Origin: Podarcis melisellensis
Taxonomy: Eukaryota
Length of the DNA: 64,000 nt
Assembly: GCA_964234715.1 (NCBI GenBank)
Contig: OZ174280.1
Reading direction: 5' to 3' (one strand)
Part shown: positions 37,299 to 50,392 of the stretch, in pieces
How positions within the stretch are numbered: position 1 is the first letter of the stretch
Layout of the letters: the number at the start of each line of letters is the position of its first letter
Program-made: the position numbers and the translations under genes
The notes under the pieces: model-generated
Told to the model about the DNA's origin: nothing
Database searches by the model: none
What the model saw: only the letters and a program-made list of their open reading frames with translations

Positions 37299-40200
37299 TT
37301 GTCTACTAAGATGATGCTGGACTTTATACTTCCAAATGGATGGCTGCCACAGTGCAGCCAACTATATTAGTCAGGGGGTTATGGGATGTCCCATTTGTAA
37401 TTACAGAGTAGTACAGGCAACGCAAGGTGCCCTTTTAGCAGTTTATTTAGCACTGTTATTGTTGCACTTTTGAGGGGGTAGTGGGGCTTGAGCAACAAAT
37501 AGGAGAATATTGCAAGTAGACTTAAAATCGATGCTCTTCTTAAAAGTAGTGTACATCCTCACAGGACTTCTGCAGTCAGTGCGTTTTAGAAGATGTCACT
37601 GTGCCTCAAATTTCCTCCACTATTAAGTTTTACCAGGAAAGATGAGAAGGGCACCCAGAGTTATTTTCTTGCATTGGCCCAGCCTAGGACAGCCTTTGTG
37701 ATTGGTTACATTTGTTCTTGGGGCTAACTTCACACTGGAACATTAACAGTGTAGGTGAAACAGGAGTGATGAAACACTTATTTACGTACAGAAATGCTCT
37801 AGCGTTCAGAACATGCCACTCTTTTCCCATTACATTTCAATATGCTGTTCAAATATGTGTCGTTTTCATCTTGTTTATGATTATAGACACAATCCTGAAG
37901 CTGTGAATGCAAGGAGGACCATGATATCTCTTGCATCACTGTTTTTAACCTGAGTGAGAAACCTTATGTGGGTGTATTATGAGCCCAGTCAGGGAAGGAA
38001 CTTGTGGGGATATTTATACTAAAAGCAATTAGGACTGTGGACGGAACTGTAATGAGGATCTTTGGAGTGGAGAACTGGCAAGAGGAGTTTTCAGGGCATA
38101 GCTTAGAGATGAGTGACAGGTGAGTCATAAGGCAAGAGGCAAGAGACTGGCAGCTATTTGGACAACAAACTCTAGGAAGTATGGATGTCTGAGTAGTGAA
38201 CAGTAAACCCACAAGAAAACCAGAAAAATGGAAAATTCATAGGATCTGCTTCCTAAAATAGCCAGTCCTCCCTTATCTCCTCGAAGCTCAATTAAGTTGG
38301 AAAGAATTGCTTCATATTTTTCTCAAGTCTTCAGTTGGGGAAGCATTTGTGGTGCAGGCCAAGCAGGTTGGCAGAGAGTCATAGTGAAGAGGGAGGGTTT
38401 GTATTTGGTCTGCGGGAAGCCATCAGGTCCAGATACGTGTCTTCCCCAAAGCCCCCAAATGCCTCAAAGGTTGAAGAGAATCAGGGGGAGAAATAACTGA
38501 GGAGATTTTTTTTGAACCCTCCAGAAACACAAAGCGCATCCATTCCTCAAAAGTTATAAATTCTGAAGCCTCATTTTAATCACAAGTTGATTTAAATGCC
38601 ATGGCTGACCCAAAGTACTGTGGAAACTACAGTTTGGTTTGTGCAGGTGCTTAAAATTCTTTGTCTGAGAGTTCTTGTCTCTTCAAAGAAGTGCAGCTAC
38701 ACTGAGAAGAAGTCAGCCTGATGGAAGCTGCTTCAAATTTTTCATATTGGTAGCCTTGAGATGACTCCATAACAGTGCAGAAGCCACAAAAGGTCGGCTT
38801 CCCATGCACACAATAACGTGCAGGATCAAGTTTTATATTCAGTACTTTGCTTTGGGTGAACGTTAGACAGATTTGCAATGCAAGAAGGTCAGAGGATCTG
38901 TATATGTGAACACGTGGCTCCTCCAGCATGCATGGTTACAGACAAAAATTTAGTACTGAATATTACTACAGTGAGATAGAAATTACTATAGAGAGGCAGT
39001 TTTATCTGTTTCTGAGATTCATTGTTCATTACAAAGAACCACAATAAAAACAGCTCCACCACAAGCACACAGCAGCATTGATTCACAGTTCCTGATAAAT
39101 CATCTGAGAAGACCCCATCAATTACTTGTTCTGAAATGTCTTAATTTTTTTTCCTGAGCTATATTTAGCTCAGAAATATATTGTTATCAATCAGTTTGTG
39201 TTGTCACAATGGCCTTTTAATTCTAAGCTGCATCGTGCAGGAATTATTTATTGTTTTAATATGTCTCATCATACGATAATGCACTAAACCTTCTGTACAG
39301 GACCACTAATGAAAATATATCTATGAAATGAGGAACAGATGGTGCACCACCAAAACGAGCCCCCCCCCCCCAGCAATGCTTTTTTTTTTTTTTGGCTGCT
39401 CATCAAAATCCCAGAATATTAATGCAGTAATTAAAATATAAGCTTGAGGTATTAACACTAAGGGCATTTCATAAGCAATATTTCCTGCTTCTGTCTTAGT
39501 CTCCCTACATCTGCAGCAGACTTGGAAGAAGAGAAAACACAATATATCTTAAACACACATCATTTCTGGCAGCAACTACAATCAATTCAAAACACCAGCG
39601 CCTTTGCAATCCAGCTCAGTAACTGAGGGCTCAGTGCAATACAAAGCATATCCAGATTCCGGGCTGCAGCAGCCACTATGAAATCATTAGCAACAAAACC
39701 CTCACAAAGGATTTTGCAGTGTAAAAACCTAGGTAAGCTTCCCAGCGACTCGAAAGGAAAGGCTAAGTCCGAACTTGAACCGAAGGCAGCTGTATGAAGA
39801 AAGGCACATCCCCAGTTTGCTGTGTTAATACAGTTTAATTGAACATCCTGAATTTGTAATGAGAAGCAATCCATCTTATAACTGTTGATCTAACTGTGCT
39901 GTACAAACACGGAGAGTCAATCAGTCCACTGGGTGTGTAATATGAATGTCAATCCTAAGAAGCTCCATTCGTTTGGGTGCTTGGCAGGATGAGGGGGTGT
40001 GGGTGTGTGGAATTAACATAATCTGTACAGAGATTTTTCCTTGGTGAAACAATGAAGCTCAAATCCTGCCTGTGAGTTAGTAGAGCAGACATAGATGAGG
40101 GAAGGAGCTTTAATGTCTCTCTGTTGCAGGGAAGTGGGATGAGCCAACAGATGCCATGGGCTTTGTAAAAGATATTGCTGCTTTCAGCACCAGAAAATGC

Positions 40201-41595
40201 AGTGATCTCTACTGTATGTAACTTGATCCTAAGCTTATTTACTCAGACGTAAGTCCCACCAAGTTCAGTGGGACTTACTCTCAGGTAAGCGGGCACAGGG
40301 TTGGAACCTGCAGGTTGCGGAAACTATGAGAGAGAAGATGTTCACGGCAGAGGGTGGTGCACTACTTGTTACAGACTTCACTGAGAAACTCAAGGACTTT
40401 AAATCCTATCAACGGGGTAGTAACTTTCTAAGTGGATGATGACACTGGCTATCTAAAGAAGCGACAATAACAATGTGAGACTTTGAGTCCTTCCAAACGT
40501 CCTTTTTATTCACATTCATGCTGATTTGTGCTGCAGAGGCTGTTAGGGCTGTCCTCCTCTCAATATTGTTTGTGCTTGATCACATTGCTTCATTCCCAGT
40601 CACTGCATATCCTGTAACTTCCTGCTGAAAGCTCATAACTTTTTAATACCATTTTTTGGTCCCACCTTTGTTCTGCTGTAGTCCCTCCAGAGAGCATTAA
40701 TTAATTGGGGAAGCCTCGTAGAACAGACGGAAGCATAACAAATCCACCACTAATGCAGTGTTTTTGTGTCAAGAACATGTTGCAGACTGCACCCACAATA
40801 CAACACCGGTCTGGAAGGAAGTTTTTGATTAGGAATGGGGAGCCTTTGGCCCTCCAGATGCTGTTGCAGTACAACTCCCATCATCCTTGACCACGGGCCA
40901 TGCTGACTGGGCCTGATAAGACCTGGAATCCAACATCATTGGGAGGGTACTGCAGTTCCTCTGGCAGTAGAGCGCTGGGAAAAATTAAGTGCAGATGCAC
41001 ACCTGTAGCCTGCGACCACTCATGCTGTCTTAGGAGCTGCAGGGAAACAATCAGCTTTGTGGTGGGGCGGTGGGGGGGATAATTCTGCAATAGCACAGTG
41101 TGCTAACACACAACCTTGAAAATATTACCAGGCCATGCAGATCATGTTTGAAAGTTAATGATCCAATGTGTAGCAGTAGGAAAGACTTACAAAAAATGGT
41201 CAGTAGTTGTAAGAGCAAGAATTCTGCACCATGATTTCTGACCTGAAATTTCTAGAGGAAAACAACAGGCAATGCTTTGGCAATGGAACACCCATGGTTT
41301 ATGTCCAGGTGTTCCTTCCTGGCCCTTGCGGCTCTGTATGACCACCAGGTGCCAACTCAGGGCCAAGCTAGATGTGGCATTAAATGCATCAATGCATGAA
41401 TGTTCAGGGCTCCCCAACCCAATGGAAATAGCACCAAGTAGGGGGAGGGTGCTGATAATTATTAGGATCATAGCAGATGTGGGGAGGGAATTTAACCCTT
41501 CCTGCCCCTGTTGTGGTCCAGAGGAAAATCTTATCTGAAGCTGGTATTTACTGTGTGTATGTGTGTGAAATCCCCCAATGTTGTCATTGCAACTA

Positions 41596-41845
41596 CAATG
41601 GTACCTCTGGATGCGAACGGGATCCATTCTGGAGCCCCGTTCGCATCCTGAAGCGAACGCAACCCGCGTCTGTGCATGCGCGGGTCGTGATTCGCTGCTT
41701 CCACGTGTGCGTGATGTCATTTTGAGCATCTGCGCATGCGTGAGCAGCGAAACCCGGAAATAACGCGCTCTGTTACTTTCGGGTCGCCACAGAGCGCAAC
41801 CCGAAAATGCTTAACCTGAAGCTACTTCAACCCGAGGTATGACTG
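41596..41845. mobile_element. CpG-rich Tigger-like MITE, 250 bp, with a different internal sequence
   Basis: ta|caatggtacctc ... gaggtatgactg|ta; imperfect TIRs related to the cagtggtacctc family. Confidence 0.85.
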
Positions 41846-44800
41846 TACAAGCTTCAGATGAGGCATTTCCCTCAGGACTGTGGCAAGGGAAGAAAGGGTT
41901 ACGTTTCCCCTCCACAACTGTAGCGGTCCTGGTAAAGATCCCCCTCCCCATGCACCCTTTTAAAACCCTGCACAGTTAAATGTAAGGGCACATATAATGC
42001 CCCTTACTAGTCATCCAAGAGGAAGAAGAAAGGCTGACTGCTCTTCCACATCTAGAAAACATCAACAGTATTGGCTCATTCCGATTTGAATAGAGACACT
42101 ATTTCTCAAGCTGATAAAAATCTGTTGCAAAACCAGGAGAAAATACTGTTAATTTCTCGTAGAAGCAGATTTCCACTCTTTTCCCATCTTTGTGGGGAGA
42201 TAAAACACTTTATGCTAACAGTGAAAGAACATGCTTTTTAAATTAGCATTTGGTAAGAGACATTTGATAGTAGCCTGATTATCAGATACCGGCTATGGCT
42301 TTATCCATTAAAAAGCCATTCAACTAATGACAACAAAAGCACAAATGTTGCTTCTGTTACTGTACTAAGGAAATGATGTGGGTTCCTCCCCCCCCCCCGG
42401 CCTGCTATTGTTTAGGCTGCTGATTTTTTTTTCTTTGCCGGTTATAAAACATATATGCTTTTGTCGGGTACAAAACATGCATGGTACTTCTACCACTCTT
42501 TTAAAGATGAACTTCATAATTGCTGACTGGGGCACATTAGCCCTGAGAAGATATATCCCTGCCAGAGTCAAAGTTCTTAGTTTGCTGCTCAGTTATACAG
42601 TACAGGGCAGCTCACCCAGGAAAAGTCTACCAGCCCGGCTATATATTATGGTTAGGGAACCTTTGGCCTGCCAGACATTGCTGAATATAGCCAATGGCCA
42701 TGGATGATGGGAACTGTAGTTTGGCAACATCGGGAGGACCAGTTCCCCATGCCTATATCTTCTGATTGCCTGTAGCATCTATCACTTTCTGCAGCTACTA
42801 CAGGCAAGTGGAGAACTCCACGGCAGCTCTCTAAGCAGCAGTGCACTGCTTACCCACTTGCCCTCTTCTGCAGCAGAGAAGAGTAACAAGGAAGTTCCAA
42901 GGAAACACCAGTTTCCTGGGCATTGCTGAGAAGGATTAATAGGCAAGTGGATGTGGTGGTGCTGCCAAACAGATACAGCGGCAGAACTCCAGCAGCCTGC
43001 AGAAATGTTCTCTTGTGTGAACCAGTCCCCGGAGACTGGAAACCATTGCAGCCCACGTGTGATAGTACACTGGCAATTTTCTGCTGCAAGGCATTTCTGC
43101 CTCGCAGCACTTTCAGAACCACACAATGCCTTCAGGTATCCTTATGGTATATATAATAGCAGGCTGATGAAGCCTGCTATATAAGCTAGATAGGGTTTTT
43201 GCACTTAGGAGCTATTCCTATGTCAATTATTCTAAAAAGGGGAAATGAATCAGTCATTGCAGCAATGCACATTTTCTTGAACTTGCCTCATTATGCTAAA
43301 AAACGAAGCATGCAAAGTTTTCTTGATTTGACATTGTTGATCCTTCCTGGGTGTTAGGATCCTTGTTCCATTAATGACTACTAAACCTGCCTGATTAAGA
43401 TTTGGGGATATGCCAGATAAGCATTTATCATTCCTCTCTAATCCTCTACAGTCACTCAGATGTTCACATGGAACTTCCATTCTGGTGATGTGCAGTGTTG
43501 CCTCGGACATGCCTATGACAGCACTCAACATGTGTAAGGAATCTGTGATCATTACATGTATTCCTTTTAAACTCCCATTTTTAAAATATTGACAAACCTA
43601 ATTTGCTCACCTAAATCAATTAAAAAATATCACTAAAATCTTGGAACAATAAGCATTCCCCCAAAATGCTCTGTGTTGGTTCCACTACTATTACACAGCA
43701 CGTTGTCTTGGAAAGGAGACTTTTGGTACTCAAGATGGCTTAGTCTCAGGTAAGTGTGAATAGCAGGGGTAGCCAACATAGTGTAGTTGTGGGCTACAAC
43801 TCCCATAATGCTCAACCATTGGCCATGCTGGCTAGAGCTGATGGGAGATGTAGTCCAAAACAACTGGTGGGTATCCCTTGTGGCTTCTCCTGACATATCA
43901 GAAGGACATCCCTATATGTCCTTCTGGGAGGAAGCCCTGTTGAACTTAATGAACCTTACTTCCGAGTAGGCATGCAAAGGACTGCTGTGTTAGAAAAGCA
44001 AAAAGAAAGCATGTCGCAGGTAGCTCAAATTACAACTTCACCATTCCTAATCCATTTTTATAAACCTGAAAAAATGCAGAATTGCACAGTTATTTTTATG
44101 CTTTTGAACAATAGGGCATCTTTTTAAATAAAATCTCTGGGTCTTAAACTTTCCTGTATATGATTGCATTCAGTATACTGTTCGCATCACTTATTTCACT
44201 ACTTTTTATAAACCTGTTTTTAAAAAGTGCTCATAGAATGTGTTAACGTTTGACCAGAGTAATGTTTCTTAATTCCACATGTGTGCATTGACAGTGAAGC
44301 GTACATTATTCCTCCTACACAGCACTTACTCTTATTATAATCGCCTATACATATTAAGATATTTTTGTTGACAATTATGAATGAACATGAGCATGGCGGG
44401 TCTGGGCAAAATAATGTTACAGTGCCAGCAGCCCAAATTTCTTTTTTTAAAAAATGAAGAAAAATACAAGACATAAACAAATGGCTTGACTTGCCAACGA
44501 TAGCATCTAAATAGTGACTCTGGCTTAGGAGAATTGCCAAGAGGATGTTGTGTTTTACACTTTTGTCATTTTTCTCCGCTTTAATTTCTGCTATCTGATT
44601 CCCTTCTTATGTAAATGATACACTCACAAGTCAAGAAGGGTACATAATCCTGCATGGTATTATAAATGTTTCTGTCAATCTCCCTTCCTTCCTTTTGAGC
44701 AATGGCAAGATGTAACCAGCGGGCTAGGGGACAGCGTAATTTTCTCTTACCACCCGTTCCATCAGTGAAATGATTTATTACTGTGTGTGCAGTTTGCAAA

Positions 44801-44862
44801 CACCATGTTCCTATTACACTGCTACTTATGCCTTGAACGCTTTCCACCTTCAAAGCCGCAGA

Positions 44863-45047
44863 CATGCAATCTATGCAGAAGTAAGTCCTAGTGAGTTCAA
44901 TGGGACTTCCTCTTCAGTAATGCTGTATACGATTGCAGTCAAAGTGTAACGATTTACAGTGCAATCCTAAACATGTATACGCAGAAGTAAGCCCTATTGA
45001 ATTCAATGGGGCTTCCTCCCAGGTTGGTGTGGTTAGGATGGCATCCT
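44863..45047. mobile_element. Two adjacent copies of a palindromic MITE of about 90 bp. Other copies near 8342-8442, 12306-12392, 15680-15750, 16805-16872, 25400-25522, 28935-28990, 33290-33355, 40225-40312, 43905-43986 and 60585-60646
   Basis: Consensus-like tgcaatccta...gaagtaagtcccattga.ttcaatgggacttac...taggattgca. Superfamily not assigned. Confidence 0.75.
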
Positions 45048-46900
45048 TAGATATCAGCAACTATAGCAACTCTACAGCACAATATGTAGCGTTTATGCAG
45101 ATTTTCACAGTGTTGATAACTATAGCATCTCTGCTACAGTAACTAAGTTTTCGTATTATTGTTTAAACTGTTTTGCATTGGCACTGCAGATATTGCAACT
45201 GTAATGCTCAATGTGTGATAAAAAGAGACAGGTATCCATCATTGATTTCCTGCTCCGTTTATTTTATTGGAAGTCCATGGGGAACTCTTGTGTGTCTAGT
45301 TATCATTGAAACCTGAACTGAAGGTGTGCTTAGCATGGAGGGTAAATAGCAAGAAGAGCTATGTGGTTGTTTCCTAGGCTAGCTCTACTATTGCTGTAGT
45401 AGAGATTCTCCAACCTTGGTCTAGGACAGTTTTTTAAACAGCCTGGCAAGTGGCATTAAACACCAAAGCATGATCTGGATGTCTGCTATGGCACTGGCAA
45501 AGCTTTAATGATAAGACCAGTCTTCTTAATGTAAATGGGACTCATAAGTTCACTTGCTACTTAGTCCAAAGCCACCTTTCCCAACCTGATGGCCTACAGC
45601 TGCTTTAGAGTGCAATTCACATCATTCGGGTATTGGCCATGCTAGCTGGGTGTTGATGAGTGTTGTCATACAAAACATATGGATGGTTGGCAAAGGTTGG
45701 TCCAATCAATGAATCTCACGTAACTGATGTGGCACTTTGTGCCTTCGTGGGTCTAGGAGAAGTTGCATTCCAAAATGCCTCTCTGGATATGATGGCGTTG
45801 TTGTCAGATGCTGAGCAAATTGCATAGGCTGTGAGAGTTAGGCTAAGGACTCAAAGGCACATCTGCTCAGCTGCTACACTGAGAGCCAATGCAGCTTGAA
45901 CTCTGAAGGCTTTACAGAGAAAGATTTCACTGCAGAGGGGCGGCTGTTAGAGATCTAAAGGTTGGTGGCTTTGCAGAAATATGGTTTCTGAGATTTCTGA
46001 GATTAAACATCATCCTTGTGGCATCTTGGATGAAAATTAAATTGGTTATGGTAATGTCCCCTCATCCTGAAGCAATGTATAGGAAAGGTTTAGCAGCTGA
46101 CATTCTAGCTTGGGGTAAGAAACTGGATGCTGGATCCCGCCTTCACCTCATGGGCAGTGCCACCCATCTGTCAATCACCTGGCATCATTAAGATGTCTGG
46201 TGACTTCTTGAAAGGGCTCACATCTGAAGTTGGTATGTAGGCAGTTTCAGTATGAAAAGCTTGGAAACAGACTTTAAAGTGATGGCTATCAGTGCCCATA
46301 AGATAAGCAACATAAATAGCCCCTTTGCAAGCAGTTTGCATTGAAACTGCTTGCAAAGGGACTCCAAAAGGTGTTTTTTTTATGGTGCTGAGAGACACCA
46401 GTTTCAGTTCCCTTTGCAATCAGTTTTAAACCACCTGCAAATGGACCACAAAGTGTTGGCAGCCATGCCTTTAACTGCCTCACACCTGATGTCACAGGCG
46501 ACATTAAGGAGGGTGTGGTTTGGGAGAAAATGGCCCTGTGGATCCCTGCAGGATCTAATTAGACTTCAAGGTCAAAGGTTCCCTATCCGTTTCCTAGTTC
46601 ACCTGCTCTTGTTTTGCAAATGAATCCTAACTCTCCTCTGTGTGCTGCACCAAGCATAAGGTTCAGTCCTTGGCTCCTAACGAAAGAGGGTTTGTCAGTT
46701 AATTTCTTTTACAAAGGAATAAAATTTAACATGGTTCAGGAGTGCTTGGCAAGGTACTTTGGGAAGCAGGGAAGTGATGGAGAAGGGTTGGTGCTGATGT
46801 TGCATCTTGCATGTTTTCTGAAGACATGACCCACAGCTTATAATGGTTGTGTGGCCTTGAGCTAGCCAGAAGCACTAACAAGATGATTGATCTCTATTTA

Positions 46901-47228
46901 CTGTATATACTCGAGTATAAGCTGACCCAAATATAAGCCAAGGCACCAAATTTTACCACAAAAAACTGGGGAAACTTATTGACTCGAGTATAAGCTGGTT
47001 CATCACACCACAAACCTGGTGGTGGTGGCAGTGGTGGAGGAAGAACAAGCAGCCCAAAAGGGCTGCTTTCGGGCTGCTCATTCCTCCTCCACTGCCGCTG
47101 ACAGCGGCAAAGGAGGCGGAGGAGGAAGGAGCAGCCTGAAAGGACCCTCACTCGAATATAAGCCGAGGGGGGCTTTTCCAGCATAAAAAATGTGCTGAAA
47201 AAGTCAGCCTATACTCAAGTATATACGG
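46901..47228. mobile_element. Tc1/mariner superfamily (Tc2-like) MITE, 328 bp
   Basis: ta|ctgtatatactcgagtataagctga ... tcagcctatactcaagtatatacgg|ta, with internal copies of ctcga(g/a)tataagc. Confidence 0.9.
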
Positions 47229-48447
47229 TATGTCACAACAGTGGCAGGAGGGGATAGGGTTAGGCTTTCCTGACTGAGATGTAATAAGGAGGAAAGACAG
47301 TGATCTGTAATTGGCCATTCCCAAAGTTGGAATCTGACAAAAGAAACAGAACAACACACACACACAACATTCAGACTTCCCACCACCATCAAGATGAAAA
47401 AATGCCTGGGATCATATCATCTAATGAAATACAATTAAACTTTATAGGTCTAAAATTGTTTCAATAGGCTCATCAATTGCATCAGCTCAAACTAATAGCA
47501 AAATTTTATGAGTATACAATGGCTTGCCTTGTAATTATCACAAGGGAGCATTTTTCCTAAGCTCTAATTTGAATGGATATTGGTTTAATTCATCAGAATC
47601 CCCCAATATTGCATTGCAGGTAAAGCATCAAGTTATTACTCATGCACAATGCAGTGTCTGAAACAAAGCGAACAGAGAGAAACAAATTTATTCCAATTCT
47701 AATGAAAGCAACAGTGCCTCCCCCCCCCTTTTGCTGTTGCTACTCTAATGGCATCCTACGGGAAGCAGAAACCAATTTGCGCACCACAACTCCTGTTTAT
47801 ATGGTTAATCACACCAATGGATATACATTTATTAACTTGAATGCAGTAAAAACACTGACTGTATTTACTCAGTACATTTAATATAGTTAGCGCAGTGAAA
47901 CATTTTAACATGCCACTGTTAAACAGTTATATATAGAATGGTATCCACACACACACACACAAACACACACACCTTAGACAGTGGTAAAATGAGGGAAAAG
48001 AGGAATGTGATGAATTTCATATATCAGGTATGTTTGACCACTTTACACTCTGTTCACTAATCCATCTCTGCTGGAGGAACTGCTTCCATTCCAGACCTCT
48101 GGGCAGCTTCAAAGAGCTGACATTTAAAAAGAAGCCCACTTTATGCTAAATCACCTTTCACATTTCTTAATGGCGCTTGTGAAGAAAGAAAGAAAATATA
48201 TAGCTTCTCTCATATGAAAGCTGAAGAACTATCATGGAAACTATTGTGATTCTGTTGGGGGGGGGGTGTTCAAAGAATCTAAGCAAGTCTGCTTACTTGT
48301 AGATTAAATTTAGGTTCCAGCCGAGACATTCAGGCTTTGCTCTGAGCACAAAAATCCCCCTGAAGTTCTGTGTTGGATATTTTATAAAATGAGACTGATG
48401 GATCTTGAGGGGGTGATGGCTGTTTATGCATCTTGGTACCTAGGTAT

Positions 48448-48605
48448 ACATAGAACCATAGAACTGTAGAGTTGGAAAGGGATCACAAGGGAATCTGAAC
48501 TAAAGCATCCGTGACAGGTGGCCATCTGACCCCTGCTTAAAAACCTCCAATGGAGGAGAGTCCACAGCCTCCCAAGGCAGTCCATTCTAGTGTCGAACAG
48601 TGGCA
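48448..48605 (-). mobile_element. CR1 3' fragment
   Basis: catagaaccatagaactgtagagttggaa tail. The - strand encodes a CR1 ORF2 C-terminus-like peptide, (W)NGLPWEAVDSPPLEVFKQGSDGHLSRML. Confidence 0.8.
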
Positions 48606-49385
48606 ATAAGTATACAGCCACTTAGATGAATGGGATGATATAGTGAAGTCTGGCAACACTAGCAGGGCACATCTGTAACAACAGACTGGCATGACAGTCA
48701 GCCGAGAATCAAATTCATGCTGGTTTAAGTTTTGGGTAGTGCTCAAGGAATGTAGGGAGATGCTGCTCCCTATAACTCAATGTTCTCCCTTTGGGCTTAG
48801 TTTCCACTGCTACCCAAAGAAAAAGGGCAGAGGAGCATGCAAGAAGCTGCGGTTTCCTTCTGCTGTCTCCACTTGTTTGCTGGTGCTGCCTTCTCCCTGG
48901 ACCACACGGACAGAGTAGGTGAGCAAGTGGCAGTGGCAAGCAGGGATTTCTACTGCAGAATTACCGTGGAGAATGGGAGAGCCAATCCACTCAACACGGC
49001 TACTTTGAATCGGACCACTGTTTTTATCCATTCATAGCATTACCCTTTTACAGTATTTTAGATTCCGCATATCGTAACTGGCAGTTTTCTCCAGGGAAAG
49101 TTGTGGGTATTAGAAGTATCAAATGGAATAATAAAATAACTTGAAGCCCAAAGAGATTTAAAAAGCTTTTAAAACGTAAGCAGTTATGAAATCAGTATTA
49201 AGGGTTACAGACCCCATTTGATCCCTGCAGAAAATGCAAGAGTAAATAGGCCATAATCATCATACATCCATTATGATATTGCTTCAGACTACATTAGCTA
49301 AAAAATATTATTCTGTGAAATACCTTGCAATAATATAGGCATATACACTTATTTATTGTAATTTGAATGTGAATAACCTTTTTAT

Positions 49386-49749
49386 GGGACGCAGGTGGCG
49401 CTGTGGGTTAAAGCCTCAGTGCCTAGGACTTGCCGATCGAAAGGTCGGCGGTTCGAATCCCTGCGGCGGGGTGCGCTCCCGCTGCTCGGTCCCAGCGCCT
49501 GCCAACCTAGCAGTTCGAAAGCACCTCCGGGTGCAAGTAGATAAATAGGGACCGCTTACCAGTGGGAAGGTAAACGGCGTTTCCGTGTGCGGCTCTGGCT
49601 CGCCAGATGCAGCTTTGTCACGCTGGCCACGTGACCCGGAAGTGTCTCCGGACAGCGCTGGCCCCTGGCCTCTTGAGTGAGATGGGCGCACAACCCCAGA
49701 GTCTGTCAAGAGTGGCCCGTACGGGCAGGGGTACGTTTACCTTTACCTT
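49386..49749 (+). mobile_element. Sauria SINE, full length, young
   Basis: Near-identical to the 9254 copy. 12-bp TSD taacctttttat at 49374-49385 and 49750-49761. Confidence 0.97.
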
Positions 49750-49929
49750 TAACCTTTTTATTATTATTAAAATAAGCATTAGAGCTCAACTGACTGCTCA
49801 TGGTAAGGTTTGTATACTTCCATTTTAACAGAGCTGATTGGGTCTCTTAAATAGTTCTTTATTTGGTGAGCAAGGCCTGAGAGCCAGGGGTCCCCACTCT
49901 ACTCTTGGCTGAGATGTTCATTATGACCT

Positions 49930-50335
49930 AGCGGTTCCCAAACTTCCCCCTCCATAGACCATTTGAAAATTGCTGAGGTCTTGGCAAATGACTGAGTGAT
50001 TTGTTTTCCTGCCCGCTGTAGCTGCTGTGATACGCTGTAGTAGATGCTGCACAATATTTTTAATTGCTTGTTTATTGCTTCTTTTCATTGCAATTGTAAT
50101 ATTATAAAATACAAAATAGGAAATAAAATCCCCATATTTCATTTTATTATATTAAACTTTGAATTCTATGAAATTGAATTTTGTAATGCAAAAATAAGAA
50201 GTAAGAAGTAAAAGAAGCAATAAGAATAGAATTAAAAATCAATATGAATATTTAGTGTGGACATGCCTCAGACCACCTGAATGAAACTTATGGACAACCA
50301 GTGGTCCATGACTGGCCGTTCTGTTTGGGATGAAT
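49930..50335. mobile_element. Degraded hAT-Charlie-like MITE with an AT-rich core
   Basis: agcggttcccaaactt ... ccagtggtccatga ... gtttggga ends. No clean TSD. Confidence 0.55.
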
Positions 50336-50366
50336 GTGCTAGCAACAGAATATTCAGAAACAGTAC

Positions 50367-50392
50367 CGTTTCTTTGAGTGTGGAATAAATCT
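50367..50392 (-). CDS. Candidate 26-nt microexon of the - strand gene
   Basis: ttaatttttcctctttccgcaaacag|AGATTTATTCCACACTCAAAGAAACG|gtactg. Open in all three frames; splice-signal evidence only. Confidence 0.3.

Noticed and set aside
40571-40583. ttgtgcttgatc matching the 5' part of miR-218
   Set aside because: Only about 12 nt match and there is no precursor hairpin.
41187-41729. Longest ORF in the track (180 aa, - strand)
   Set aside because: It starts in a CpG-rich MITE and runs through another repeat, with no domain or splice support.
49363-49828. ORFs here and at 1983-2276 and 24457-24874
   Set aside because: They are translations of Sauria SINE or hAT MITE sequence.
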